A stretch of 64,000 nt of DNA from Lentisphaeria bacterium (GTDB lineage: Bacteria > Verrucomicrobiota > Lentisphaeria > JABSQK01 > JAWLHB01): positions 1 to 64,000 of the forward strand of contig JAWLHB010000007.1 of assembly GCA_041690595.1 (NCBI GenBank), written 5' to 3'. The position numbers and the translations under genes were made by a program. The number at the start of each line of letters is the position of its first letter. The first letter of the stretch is position 1. The notes under the pieces are model-generated. The model was not told the origin of the DNA and did not search any database. It saw only the letters and a list, made by a program, of their open reading frames with translations. Shown here one piece after another: positions 19,855-29,561 of this stretch.

Positions 19855-20778
19855 TCAGTGGGCGTACTGGAGATCGTGCACCTGCAGCCCTGCTTCCGCG
19901 ACTTCCGCAAGGGCTTCCTGATACTCGCTCACGGTCGTGCAGCGGCAGAGTTCCTTGTCGAGCGGTTGGCAGGATGGCGGGGTGTACTGGTTCATCAGGT
20001 GCAGATAGGTGCGCGGTGAAACTTCGCGCGCGAGGAAGCGCATGATGTCACGGGTGCCGGCGAGCTTCTGGGGCATTACCAGGTGGCGCACCAGGAGACC
20101 GCGAAAAGCGAGGCCATTTTCCTTGAAGCGGAGCACGCCCACCTGTCGATGCATCTCCTTGACGGCAGCGCGATTGACCGCGGGATAGTCGCGGGCATGA
20201 CAGAGGCGCTCCGCAATGGCGGGATCGGCGCACTTCATGTCCGGCATGTAGATGTCGATGCAGCCATCGAGCAAGCGCAGAACATCCATGGAGTCGTAGC
20301 CGCCGGTATTGTACACAATGGGGAGGCGGAGGCCATGCTCGGCCGCAATGTTCAATGCCGCGAGAATCATGGGCGCGACGTGGGTGGGCGAGACCAGATT
20401 GATGTTGTGGCAGCCTTCATCCTGCAGATGCAGCATCTTGCGCGCCAGGCGCTCGGCGTCGACATCCTCCCCGAGTCCGCGGTGACTCAGCTCATGGTTC
20501 TGACAGAACTGGCAGCGCAGGTTGCAGTTGGAGAAGAAAATGGTGCCGGAGCCTCGCCAGCCGATGAGCGGCATTTCCTCGCCGTAGTGGGGAACGGCGC
20601 AGTACACGCGCGCGACGGAGCCCGTGGAGCACGTGCCCAGTTCGCCTTCAAGGCGATTGACGTTGCAGGCGTGGCCGCAGAGCGAGCAGTGGCTGAGAGC
20701 CTCATTGGCAGCCTCGACGCGTCGGGAGAGTTCTCCCGTCCGCCAGAGGTGCCGGAAGAGCGGTTCTTCGGTCGTCAT
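19855..20778 (-). CDS. Radical SAM protein, PflX-like
   Basis: CSLCGHAC, HYGEE, GSGTIFFSNCNLRCQFCQN (CxxxCxxC), NINLVSPTH, DIYMPDMK, LLVRHLVMP; ATG at 20778. Confidence 0.88.
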   Translation of the reverse strand: MTTEEPLFRHLWRTGELSRRVEAANEALSHCSLCGHACNVNRLEGELGTCSTGSVARVYCAVPHYGEEMPLIGWRGSGTIFFSNCNLRCQFCQNHELSHRGLGEDVDAERLARKMLHLQDEGCHNINLVSPTHVAPMILAALNIAAEHGLRLPIVYNTGGYDSMDVLRLLDGCIDIYMPDMKCADPAIAERLCHARDYPAVNRAAVKEMHRQVGVLRFKENGLAFRGLLVRHLVMPQKLAGTRDIMRFLAREVSPRTYLHLMNQYTPPSCQPLDKELCRCTTVSEYQEALAEVAEAGLQVHDLQYAH

Positions 20779-21212
20779 GGTAGGAGCCTCCGATAGGGGC
20801 GCGGATAGGTGAAATCGAGACTCCCCGCTCAAAACTACTATAGTCTTTTTGTCACGGCAACAGCAAGCGGGGACGCGGGGAAGCGGGAGGCTTCCGCAAG
20901 TCGTACAGATGCTGCCCCTTCCTGAGAACGCCACTCGCCTGGACGGGGCTGACGAGGTATGAGGGATCTGACGGATCTGGCAACGGCCTTGGTCGCCGCT
21001 CGGAGAGCGACTTGCTAATAGGTCCCGTGGAGTTGAGCTTGCCGTGGGGAAGGGTGGACGTGGTGGAGGCAAGCCTGGTTGGGGCAAGGGGCGATAGGAC
21101 GGTCGGGCGGACGGGGGCGGCGGGTTGGAAACGGGGGGGCGGACTTGAGAAATGGGGGATGTGCGGGTAGAGTACCGCACTGGTAATGGTTGAAACTCTC
21201 GAGGGGTAATTT

Positions 21213-22058
21213 GTGGTTCTATTCAAATTCCGGGAAGATCGGTTGCCGGTCTTCCTCTTCGTGGCTTACTTTGCGTTGGATGTGGCTGTCTTCTTCGTGG
21301 TGGAGCAGGTGTGGGTGGTGGCGGCATGGATGGTGCTGGGGATCTTCCCCAAGGCATGCATCTGTGCATTCGGCCATCATCATCAGCATCTGCCTACTTT
21401 CCGAAAGGTCTGGTTGAACCGGCTGCTGGAAGTGGTGTATGGCTTTCAGACGGGGATTGTGAGCCATGCCTGGTTTCTGCATCACGTTGTGGGCCATCAT
21501 CGGCATTTTCTGGATCAGAACAAGGATGAGTCGGCGTGGCAGTGCGCGGATGGGCGGAAGATGGGGGTTGTCGAGTATGCGCTGGTGATTTCGCTGACAG
21601 GCTATCCGCGGGCCTGGCGGGCGGGCGCGGCTTTTCCGAAGCAGCGGGGCATCTTTCTGCGCATGACGCTTGTTCAGCTCCTGCTGCTGGCGCTGGCCTT
21701 CTGGTACAACTGGGTCAATGCGCTCTTCGTCTTTCTTCTGCCGATGGCGATTTCGCTCTTCATTACGGCCTGGCACACGTGGTATCATCATGCCGGCCTG
21801 GAGACGGTGGATGAGTTTCATGCCTGCAACAACATCTACCACAAGTGGTACAACATCCTCACGGGCAACCTGGGCTATCATACGGCGCATCACCTTCGCG
21901 GCAGCGTTCACTGGTCGCGGTTGCCGGAGTTCAACGAGCGCTTCGTCGACCGGATTCCGGCCGAGCGCATACACGCCCCCTGCATACCCTTCCGGTGGAT
22001 GCCGGCGGGGGACGATCAGCGGGAAGAGATCAGTGTGGTCGAAGTGGCCGGGAGCTGA
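21213..22058 (+). CDS. Membrane fatty acid desaturase family protein
   Basis: His boxes HHHQH, HHVVGHH, HTWYHH, NLGYHTAHH and hydrophobic segments. Confidence 0.85.
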   Translation: MVLFKFREDRLPVFLFVAYFALDVAVFFVVEQVWVVAAWMVLGIFPKACICAFGHHHQHLPTFRKVWLNRLLEVVYGFQTGIVSHAWFLHHVVGHHRHFLDQNKDESAWQCADGRKMGVVEYALVISLTGYPRAWRAGAAFPKQRGIFLRMTLVQLLLLALAFWYNWVNALFVFLLPMAISLFITAWHTWYHHAGLETVDEFHACNNIYHKWYNILTGNLGYHTAHHLRGSVHWSRLPEFNERFVDRIPAERIHAPCIPFRWMPAGDDQREEISVVEVAGS

Positions 22059-22921
22059 GGGAGGCGGCGGAGGATCTCGCGCAGAAAGGTGTCCTTGGCC
22101 TGCGTGTAGCCTTCCCGATCTTTCGCATGCGCGGCGGCAAGTTCGGCTTTGAGCTGAGCGTAGCGGGCGGCCTCGCCGGGGTGGCTCTTGAGGTAGTCGC
22201 GCACATAGATGCCATTCCAGACCGGATGGTCGAGCGGCGCGAAGTGCAGGTGATGCGTGCGGGGACCCATGCAGCAGTCCCGGCGGACAACGAGCATGTG
22301 GTCGCTGTACCACCAGTACTCCCAGCGCTCGCCGCACAGGCGAGGAAGCAGCGTACGCCGGGCTTGCTCAAAGGAGGAGATCTCGACCAGGATGTCGATC
22401 ACGGGTTTGGCGGCAAGGCCGGGAACCGCGGTGCTGCCATAGTGGGCGATGCGGCCGATCGACCCGCCAAGCTCCGCGCGCAGCCAGTCGGCCATGGCGC
22501 TGAAGCGTGTGGGCCAGAGGGGAGAGTAGGGGAGAACCTGGACCTCGTCTTCGAGGCTGCGGGTGGTGTCGAAGGGCGCCAGGGCGGAGAGCCACCAATC
22601 GGCGCCTGCCATGGAGAATTCGCCGATCGCCGCCGTCGGTGCCCACCAGCGCCATGGGGTGGGTGCCTGGCCGAAGGTCCAGCCGGTGCAGCCGTCGGGT
22701 ACCGCGGCTCCCGGCGGTGCTTCCAGCCCGAAGATGTGCTGCTCGCTACCCGGGTCGAGGCGCCGGCGAAAGCCCAGCCAGCGACTGTGGGTGCCCGACA
22801 GCTTGACCTCATGGGGCAGGCGCTTGAAGAGCGAACCGTAGAAGTCCATCGCCTCCGCGCTGATGGGGCCGGCCGGCAGGCGGGCTTGCGCGCCGATGAG
22901 ATGGATGGTAGGAACTGTCAT
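22016..22921 (-). CDS. GrpB family protein with an N-terminal extension
   Basis: YSPLWP, IAHYGSTAVPGLAAKPVIDI, HHLH, RDYL, YAQLKAEL, YTQAK; ATG at 22921. Confidence 0.8.
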   Translation of the reverse strand: MTVPTIHLIGAQARLPAGPISAEAMDFYGSLFKRLPHEVKLSGTHSRWLGFRRRLDPGSEQHIFGLEAPPGAAVPDGCTGWTFGQAPTPWRWWAPTAAIGEFSMAGADWWLSALAPFDTTRSLEDEVQVLPYSPLWPTRFSAMADWLRAELGGSIGRIAHYGSTAVPGLAAKPVIDILVEISSFEQARRTLLPRLCGERWEYWWYSDHMLVVRRDCCMGPRTHHLHFAPLDHPVWNGIYVRDYLKSHPGEAARYAQLKAELAAAHAKDREGYTQAKDTFLREILRRLPQLPATSTTLISSR

Positions 22922-22923
22922 GA

Positions 22924-24186
22924 TCAGTCGCGCAGATGGCCGTCGCCTTCCGCAATCCATTTGTAGGTGGTCAGTTCGTTCGGGCCGACGGGGCCGCGGG
23001 CGTGCAGCTTGTCGGTGCTGATACCGACAACGGCGCCCATGCCGTAGTCGCCGCCGCCGGAAAGGCGGGTCGAGGCGTTGACGAGCACGGAAGCGGAATC
23101 GATGGCGGAGACAAAGTGTTGGGCCAGCTTTCTGCTTTGGGTGACAATGCCGTCCGTGTGGCCGGATCCCCACCGCTGGATATGCTCGATGGCGGCATCG
23201 ATTCCGTCGACAACGCGAATGGCGAGGATCGGGGCCAGGTATTCCGCCGCCCAGTCCGCCTCGGTGGCCGGCAAGGCATCGGGAAGATGGTGGCGCGTAC
23301 GCTCGCAGCCGCGGAGCTCGACACCATGCTCGGCAAAGGCGCGTCCCAGCTCAGGCAGCAGCCGACCGGCGCATGCCGCATCGACCAGCAGGCTCTCCAG
23401 TGCGTTGCAGACTTCCACCCGCTGGCACTTGGAGTTGACGCTGAGGGCGACGGCCATGGCTGCGTTGGCATCCTCCGCCAGGTAGAGATGGCAGATGCCA
23501 TCGTAGTGCTTGATGACGGGAATGGTGCTTTCGCGGGCGACGCGCTCGATGAGGCTCTTGCCGCCTCGCGGGATCAGCACGTCGATGTAGCGATCCTGCC
23601 GCAGCAGCTCGCGCACGGCGTCGTGTCCGGGTGAGCGGAGGATCTGTATGGCGCCGGTGGGGATGCCGTTGGCGGTGGCCGCGGCGATCATGGCGTCGGC
23701 CAGGACGGCATTGGTGCGGATGGCTTCGGAGCCGCCGCGCAGGATCACCGCGTTGCCGCTCTTGAGGCAGACCGAGGCGGCGTCCGTCGTCACGTTGGGG
23801 CGCGATTCATAGATGATGCCGATCACCCCGATCGGGATACTGACGCGACTGACCCGCAGGCCGTTCGGGCGAGTGTGCCCCTCGAGGATGCGGCCGACCG
23901 GATCGGGGAGTGCCGCGACTTCACGCAGCCGCTCCAGCATGTAGTTGAAGACCTTGTCGCTGATTTCGAGCCGTTTGACCAGCGGCTCCGCCAGTCCTGA
24001 TTGCCGAGCGGCGGCCACATCGGCCGCATTGGCCGCCTGAAGCTCCTTCCGTGCGTCAAGGAGAGCCTGTGGCATTGCGGCAATGGCGGCCTCCCGCGTG
24101 GCGCCGGAGAGGGTTGCCAGCCGCCGGGCAGCCAATCGTGCCTCCCGGGCCAGGGCCATAACATCATCTTTCGCCGGGTGATTCAT
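22924..24186 (-). CDS. proA: Gamma-glutamyl phosphate reductase
   Basis: PIGVIGIIYESRPNVT, KSGNAVILRGG, IPRGG, CNALE, NASTRL, GISTDKLHARGP. Confidence 0.96.
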   Translation of the reverse strand: MNHPAKDDVMALAREARLAARRLATLSGATREAAIAAMPQALLDARKELQAANAADVAAARQSGLAEPLVKRLEISDKVFNYMLERLREVAALPDPVGRILEGHTRPNGLRVSRVSIPIGVIGIIYESRPNVTTDAASVCLKSGNAVILRGGSEAIRTNAVLADAMIAAATANGIPTGAIQILRSPGHDAVRELLRQDRYIDVLIPRGGKSLIERVARESTIPVIKHYDGICHLYLAEDANAAMAVALSVNSKCQRVEVCNALESLLVDAACAGRLLPELGRAFAEHGVELRGCERTRHHLPDALPATEADWAAEYLAPILAIRVVDGIDAAIEHIQRWGSGHTDGIVTQSRKLAQHFVSAIDSASVLVNASTRLSGGGDYGMGAVVGISTDKLHARGPVGPNELTTYKWIAEGDGHLRD

Positions 24187-24364
24187 GGTCAATTCCGTGT
24201 GTGGGTGGATCGCGACGGCCTAGAAGGTGCACCGGAATCGGTGTCGCGTCCAGTCGCGGAGCATCGAGAGTGTTGACATCGTATTAAAAGAGAAATGTCT
24301 ATATAGTAAGTGCAGTATTTGTGCCACTAGGGCAGAACGCGATGAATTCTCACGGGAGTGGACT

Positions 24365-24802
24365 ATGGCAATGCGGAAAATGATGACAATCTTGACGGGC
24401 GGCGGCGGCATCTGGCATGACCTGAGCGCGCTGGTGCTGCGGGTAATCTTCGGCAGCTTCATGGCTTTCGGCCATGGTCTGGGCAAGCTGCAGGGCTATT
24501 CGGAACGTGCGGAGAGCTTCAGTGATCCGCTGGGCGTCGGCAGCCCGCTGAGTCTGGCGCTGGCCATTGGGGCGGAGTTCTTTTGCTCGTTGCTGCTGGT
24601 GCTGGGGCTGGGGACACGCTTCGTAGTGTTGCCGCTGATCTTCACCATGATCGTCGCCGGTTTCATCATTCACGGCGCCGACCCCTTCGGCAAGAAGGAG
24701 CTCGCCTTCGTTTACCTGACGGCGTTTACCGTCATCCTGATGCTGGGCCCCGGCCGCTTCTCGCTGGATCATCTCATCGCCAAGCGGTTTCGCGGGAAGT
24801 GA
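24365..24802 (+). CDS. DoxX family membrane protein
   Basis: LVLRV, HGLGKL, AEFFCS, GLGTR, KELA, GPGRFSLD; GGGAG RBS before ATG 24365. Confidence 0.88.
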   Translation: MAMRKMMTILTGGGGIWHDLSALVLRVIFGSFMAFGHGLGKLQGYSERAESFSDPLGVGSPLSLALAIGAEFFCSLLLVLGLGTRFVVLPLIFTMIVAGFIIHGADPFGKKELAFVYLTAFTVILMLGPGRFSLDHLIAKRFRGK

Positions 24803-24857
24803 GCTGTACGGGACCGTGGCGTGACGGCAGAGAGCCGCCATCCACGGTCCCTCTTGT

Positions 24858-25907
24858 TCAGCCGATCAGGCGATCGAGCACGGCATCGACATCCAGGGTG
24901 GCGCCACAGCAAACCCAGTCGGCCGCGCCATAGTAGAGATCGATCTTGCCGTTGCCGCGATCGACCCAGCCATTGTGAAAGCAGACATTGGGGAGGAAGC
25001 CGCTGGTTTCGTACTCCTCGGTCGGCTCCAGGATGGGCTTGTCGCTACGGGCAATGACCTTGGTGGGATCGTCGAGGCCCAGGAGTATGGCGCCGGAGCA
25101 ATACCGGGTGTTGTTGTCAGAGGCGTGGTAGATCTGGAGCCATCCGTGCCGCGTCTTGATGGGTGAGGCGCCGCAGCCGGTGCGTTCGCAATCCCACATT
25201 CCTTCCCGCGGGCCGAAGAGCCACTGGTGGTTTCCCCAGTCGCGCAGATTGTCGCTGCTGGCCAGCCAGGTGGAGGGGAGCCGGCCGATCTTGCCGGGGC
25301 TGGGGCGGTGAAAGCAGTAGTAGCGCCCACCGATCTTTTCCGGGAAGAGAGCGATGTCCTTGTTGTCGGGGCAGAAGATGATGCCCAGGCGCTCGAAGTG
25401 GGCGAAGTCGCGGGTGCGCGCCAGGCAGGTGGTGACGCCGCGGCTGCTGATCGCGCTGTAGGTGATGTGGTACCAACCTGCGATGTAGCAGATGCGGGGA
25501 TCCTCGATGCCGAATTCCTCGTATGGCCCCTCGGCCCGCATGGCCGGTGCGGCGCCGATCGTGAAGTTGCGCCCGTCGGTACTGGTCGCCAGGCGCAGAT
25601 GGCTGATGCTGGTGAGGTAGCTCTCCCCCTTGTAGGTGAAGACGCGCGGATCGGTGGCATCGAGGTCCGGGTCATCCGCCTTGATGCGGAGTTCGCGATA
25701 GGCGCCGGGGTTTTCGGGGTCGAGCAGCAGGGTACTGATCCATCCTTCTTCCGGGATTGGACGTTCTGCCACGCGGATCAGGAGCACCGTCTTGCCCCCG
25801 TGGATGGCGGCGCCGGGATTGAAGGCACACATGACTTCGAGCCCTTCCTGCGTGGGAGCGATGTCGGCTGGGCTGACGAGTGGATTGCGTGGGAACTTGC
25901 TGAGCAT
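24858..25907 (-). CDS. GH130 family glycoside hydrolase/phosphorylase
   Basis: FNPGA, LLIRVAERP, YLTSISHLRLA, GIEDPRI, NKDIALFPEKI, FHRP, YYGAAD. Confidence 0.9.
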   Translation of the reverse strand: MLSKFPRNPLVSPADIAPTQEGLEVMCAFNPGAAIHGGKTVLLIRVAERPIPEEGWISTLLLDPENPGAYRELRIKADDPDLDATDPRVFTYKGESYLTSISHLRLATSTDGRNFTIGAAPAMRAEGPYEEFGIEDPRICYIAGWYHITYSAISSRGVTTCLARTRDFAHFERLGIIFCPDNKDIALFPEKIGGRYYCFHRPSPGKIGRLPSTWLASSDNLRDWGNHQWLFGPREGMWDCERTGCGASPIKTRHGWLQIYHASDNNTRYCSGAILLGLDDPTKVIARSDKPILEPTEEYETSGFLPNVCFHNGWVDRGNGKIDLYYGAADWVCCGATLDVDAVLDRLIG

Positions 25908-25916
25908 GACGAAAGC

Positions 25917-26450
25917 CTATTGGGGATAGCGGTTGTACCAGGCGCGCTGGTCAAAGGTCTTCTTGACGGGGCCGGTGACCGGCTCGGCGGGTACGCCGAT
26001 GGGCAGGAGCACGCGGACGACCTTGTAATCGGGCAGGCCCACCATGGCGCCAATCTGCTCGGCCGCTGCATTGCGGCGGAGCCAGCCGTCCATCCAGCAA
26101 CTGGCATAGCCAAGGGCGGTGATGCTCAGCAGCATGTTCTCGACGGCGGCGGCACAGTCTTCGATCTCGAAGGTCTCGCCGAGACCGATGCGTTGCGGCT
26201 GGGAGTCGATGATGGCGAGGATCATGGCGCGGGCATCCTGCACACAACGGGGGGCGTCGGGCAGGGCGCCGATGTGTTGGAGAATCTCCCGGTCATCGAT
26301 GATCAGAAAGGTGGTGGTCTGATGATTGCGGCCGGAGGGGGCTTCGAGTCCGGCTTGAAGGATGCGGTCGAGGTCGCGGCGTGGAATGGCGACGTGGCGG
26401 AAGGGGCCGCGATAGCTGTGGCGTTGGTTGATCGCTTCAAAGAGATCCAT
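25917..26450 (-). CDS. Nitroreductase family protein
   Basis: AINQRHSYR, APSGRNHQ, DCAAAVENMLLSITALGYASCW. Confidence 0.9.
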   Translation of the reverse strand: MDLFEAINQRHSYRGPFRHVAIPRRDLDRILQAGLEAPSGRNHQTTTFLIIDDREILQHIGALPDAPRCVQDARAMILAIIDSQPQRIGLGETFEIEDCAAAVENMLLSITALGYASCWMDGWLRRNAAAEQIGAMVGLPDYKVVRVLLPIGVPAEPVTGPVKKTFDQRAWYNRYPQ

Positions 26451-26531
26451 GCGTCTGGCTCCTGGTGGAAGGATGGAAGGTGGTGTCTGTATTCATATAC
26501 CATCAAAGCGTGGTTGACGCCAACCAGCGAC

Positions 26532-28400
26532 TCAGGCTTTTTGGCAACGGATGCGCAGGGTGGCTTCACCGCGCGGTGGCGTATTGGGCAGGGTCATTGT
26601 GATCCGATGCAGGCGGTTGCCCCAGACCGGGGTGAGGCGGCCGTCCGTCACCGGCACCTCTTCCACCTCCGTTCGCCAGCCATGCTCCAGCTCGACGATT
26701 CCTCTGGCGGAGTGACGTCCCCCGGGCAGTTCCATGCGCTCGAGCTTGAGGCGCATCGGGTCAACGACGACCTCGCAGCAGGTCAGCAGGTGCAGGCGCA
26801 GCGGTTCGCGAACCGCGTTCAACCGCCATCGGTCGTGGACACGTACATGGTCGCCGCGGACCAGCTCGATGGTACGCCGCCAGCTGTCGATGGCTGCCTC
26901 CTCCGGCCAAGCGGCGATCTCCATCTCCAGGCGGGCGCGCCGATCATCCTGCTGGTAGTCGAGATCCCGCGCGCGGAAGTCCACCCCGGCCATCTGCATG
27001 CAGCCATTGACGGTGGGAAGATTGTGGTAAGCCGACTGCATGGTCCAGATGGTGTAGCGGTCGGCGCTGAATGTCTGGCGGCTGTAGGTTTCCACGCCGG
27101 CGTCGACGAGGAGGGGAGCGCCGTCGTAATAGACAATGAAGTGGCCGATGTCGTTGTGGTTGTGGCTCTCGGCGTTGTGGCCGCCCTTGGCGGCGAGGAA
27201 AAGCCCGGCGGCGGTGCCGGCGGAGTCGCGCGCCGCCATCACGTTGATGCCGGGTAGCCAGACGTCGCGAGGCTGTGGCGCGACCGGAGGCGTCTCCCGG
27301 ACGGCCGGCACCACCTGCAAGTCGGCCAATCCGCGAAGGAGACTGGCGTCGAGCGCCGTACGCTGGTGACGGCTGTATAGAAAGGCGCCGAAGTGCTGCA
27401 TGTCGGGATCGCCCACCGCCGTGCCGAAGCGATGAACCAACAGCGCCCCCGGCTCGTTGATGGCGGCGGCATCCGCGAAATTGACGAACCAGCTCTGGTC
27501 GATGTGAAGACGATAGATGTAACGGCCCATCTCCCGGACGAGGGGCTGGTCGAACGCATCGAGCTTGCCGCCGCTGGCGCGGTGAAGAAGGTCGAGAGAG
27601 TCGAAGAGAGAGGCGCCGGCGCGTCCCCAGTAGCTGGGGCCTTCATCGCAGCCGCCATCCGGCGGATAATGGGCAATGAAGAAATCGAGGCAGTGGATGC
27701 ACTTGCGGAGGTGGGCGATGCGGCGATCGGGATCCGCTTCGAGCAGCAGCGCGGTAGCCAGCCAGTTGGAGATGATCCAGGGATTCCAGTTGTTGACCGG
27801 TCTGCCGTGATAGCCCATCCACGAGAAATCCTCACGCTCGAGGAGAGGGCCGAGTATGCGTCGTTGCGTTTCGTAGCGAAGGCGTCGACGAATGAGCGGT
27901 GAGACCGCATCGAAGCGCTCCCCCAGCAGGTAGTCGACGATGCTGAGCAAGGCGGACGTCTCGGCTGCGAAGAGGTCGACTGTCGGCTCTTCCACATCCG
28001 GAAGGCCGCTGCCGGCGCGCTGCATGCCGATATGCGCTGGGACTCCCCAGTAGCTCTCTTCGCAGAGCAGCCAGAGACCATTGATGATAGCATCGAGAAA
28101 GCGGCCGCGATTGTCGATACATTCGGCCAGGGTGAGGTCGCGCAGGCGATGCCGGCGAGCAAAATGGTCGTCCTGATAGCGCGTTCGGTTGCCGTTGCGG
28201 GCGAAGTCGAGGAAGCGCGTGGCGGTAAGTTCTGGCCAGGGTTGGGCAAGCGCGGCTTCGGCGCGTTCGAGGATGCCGTCCCTGTCCGTGGGCTGTAGCT
28301 TCTCCCAGAATTCCCGATCGTCCAGAGTGGCCCACGGTCGCCAGTCAGCAGGCGCGATGATGCAGTCGTCCAGTGCCGTGAACAGTTCTTGAAGCTTCAT
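26532..28400 (-). CDS. Heparinase II/III family protein (putative polysaccharide lyase)
   Basis: VDLFAAET, NNWNPWI, DGGCDEGPSYW, VNFADA, KGGHNAESHNHNDIGHF, SAYHNLP. Confidence 0.85.
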   Translation of the reverse strand: MKLQELFTALDDCIIAPADWRPWATLDDREFWEKLQPTDRDGILERAEAALAQPWPELTATRFLDFARNGNRTRYQDDHFARRHRLRDLTLAECIDNRGRFLDAIINGLWLLCEESYWGVPAHIGMQRAGSGLPDVEEPTVDLFAAETSALLSIVDYLLGERFDAVSPLIRRRLRYETQRRILGPLLEREDFSWMGYHGRPVNNWNPWIISNWLATALLLEADPDRRIAHLRKCIHCLDFFIAHYPPDGGCDEGPSYWGRAGASLFDSLDLLHRASGGKLDAFDQPLVREMGRYIYRLHIDQSWFVNFADAAAINEPGALLVHRFGTAVGDPDMQHFGAFLYSRHQRTALDASLLRGLADLQVVPAVRETPPVAPQPRDVWLPGINVMAARDSAGTAAGLFLAAKGGHNAESHNHNDIGHFIVYYDGAPLLVDAGVETYSRQTFSADRYTIWTMQSAYHNLPTVNGCMQMAGVDFRARDLDYQQDDRRARLEMEIAAWPEEAAIDSWRRTIELVRGDHVRVHDRWRLNAVREPLRLHLLTCCEVVVDPMRLKLERMELPGGRHSARGIVELEHGWRTEVEEVPVTDGRLTPVWGNRLHRITMTLPNTPPRGEATLRIRCQKA

Positions 28401-28472
28401 GGCCGTCTTCCCCCCACGGTGAAATGTGGCACTCCCCCCGCGGAACCGCCGCGGAGGGAGTGACGTAGCGCG

Positions 28473-29465
28473 TCAGTGCAGCAGATCCTTGATGACGGCA
28501 CGCTCTTCAAGCAGCTCGTCCGTCGACTTCTGGATCTTCTGCTTGAGGCAGTCGTCGCACGCGAAGCCATCGACGATGCTCCAGTTGCCGTCGCCGGTGG
28601 AGCGGCAGGGGAAGGAGTAGATGAGGCCGTCGGGAATGCCATAGGGGTTGCCATCGCTGATGACGGCCAGGCTGAAGACATCGCCTTTGGGCGTGGGATT
28701 GACGAGGGAACGGACGGAATCGATCGCCGCGCTGGCGGCGGAAGCGGCGGAAGATTTGCCGCGCGCTTCGATGATGGCGGCGCCGCGTTTGCCGACCGTC
28801 GAGATGAAGTCGCCCTGGAGCCAGGCAAGATCGTCGATAACGTCCACAGCGGGCTTGCCCCCGATGCGGGCATTGAGGTAGTCGGGGACCTGATTGGCCG
28901 AGTGATTGCCCCAGATGGCCATGCGGGAGATCTCGGTGACTTGGGAGCCGGCCTTTTTCGCGAGCTGGGCGACCGCGCGGTTCTGGTCGAGTCGCGTCAT
29001 GGCGGCAAAGCGTTCGCGGGGGACATCCGGCGCGTTGTGCATGGCGATGAGGCAATTGGTGTTGCAGGGATTGCCGACGGTGACCACGCGCACGTCACTG
29101 GCGGCGTGGTCATTGATGGCCTTGCCCGTGCCGGTGAAGATGGGGCCGTTCTCCTTGATCAGGTCGGCCCGCTCCATGCCCGGCCCGCGCGGCTTGGAAC
29201 CCACCAGCAGGGCCCAGTTTGTGTTCTTCATGGCGCCGGCGACATTGTCGTGCAGGTTGAGTTCGGCCAAGAGGGGAAAGGCGCAGTCCTCCAACTCCAT
29301 GGCGACGCCTTCAAGGCCTTTCATGGCGACGGGAAGTTCGAGGACGCTGAGGGCGACCTTCTGGTTCGGGCCGAAGAGTTCGCCGGCGGCGATGCGGAAA
29401 AGCAGGCTGTAGCCGATCTGGCCGGCGCCGCCCGTGACGGTAACGCGAATAGGGTTCGTGCTCAT
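28473..29465 (-). CDS. mdh: Malate dehydrogenase (type 2)
   Basis: [65 protein letters not shown]. Confidence 0.97.
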   Translation of the reverse strand: MSTNPIRVTVTGGAGQIGYSLLFRIAAGELFGPNQKVALSVLELPVAMKGLEGVAMELEDCAFPLLAELNLHDNVAGAMKNTNWALLVGSKPRGPGMERADLIKENGPIFTGTGKAINDHAASDVRVVTVGNPCNTNCLIAMHNAPDVPRERFAAMTRLDQNRAVAQLAKKAGSQVTEISRMAIWGNHSANQVPDYLNARIGGKPAVDVIDDLAWLQGDFISTVGKRGAAIIEARGKSSAASAASAAIDSVRSLVNPTPKGDVFSLAVISDGNPYGIPDGLIYSFPCRSTGDGNWSIVDGFACDDCLKQKIQKSTDELLEERAVIKDLLH

Positions 29466-29561
29466 GCGGTCAGTGATCTCCTGATACAGGTCTTGGTTCT
29501 TGCGATAACACTGGAGGGTAATCTATCACGATTTGGGTAAAAATGGGGTTCGCCGGAGCGA

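Noticed and set aside
24273..24307. TTGACA upstream of the DoxX gene
   Set aside because: The best -10 (TATAGT) is 23 bp away, so the promoter cannot be placed confidently.
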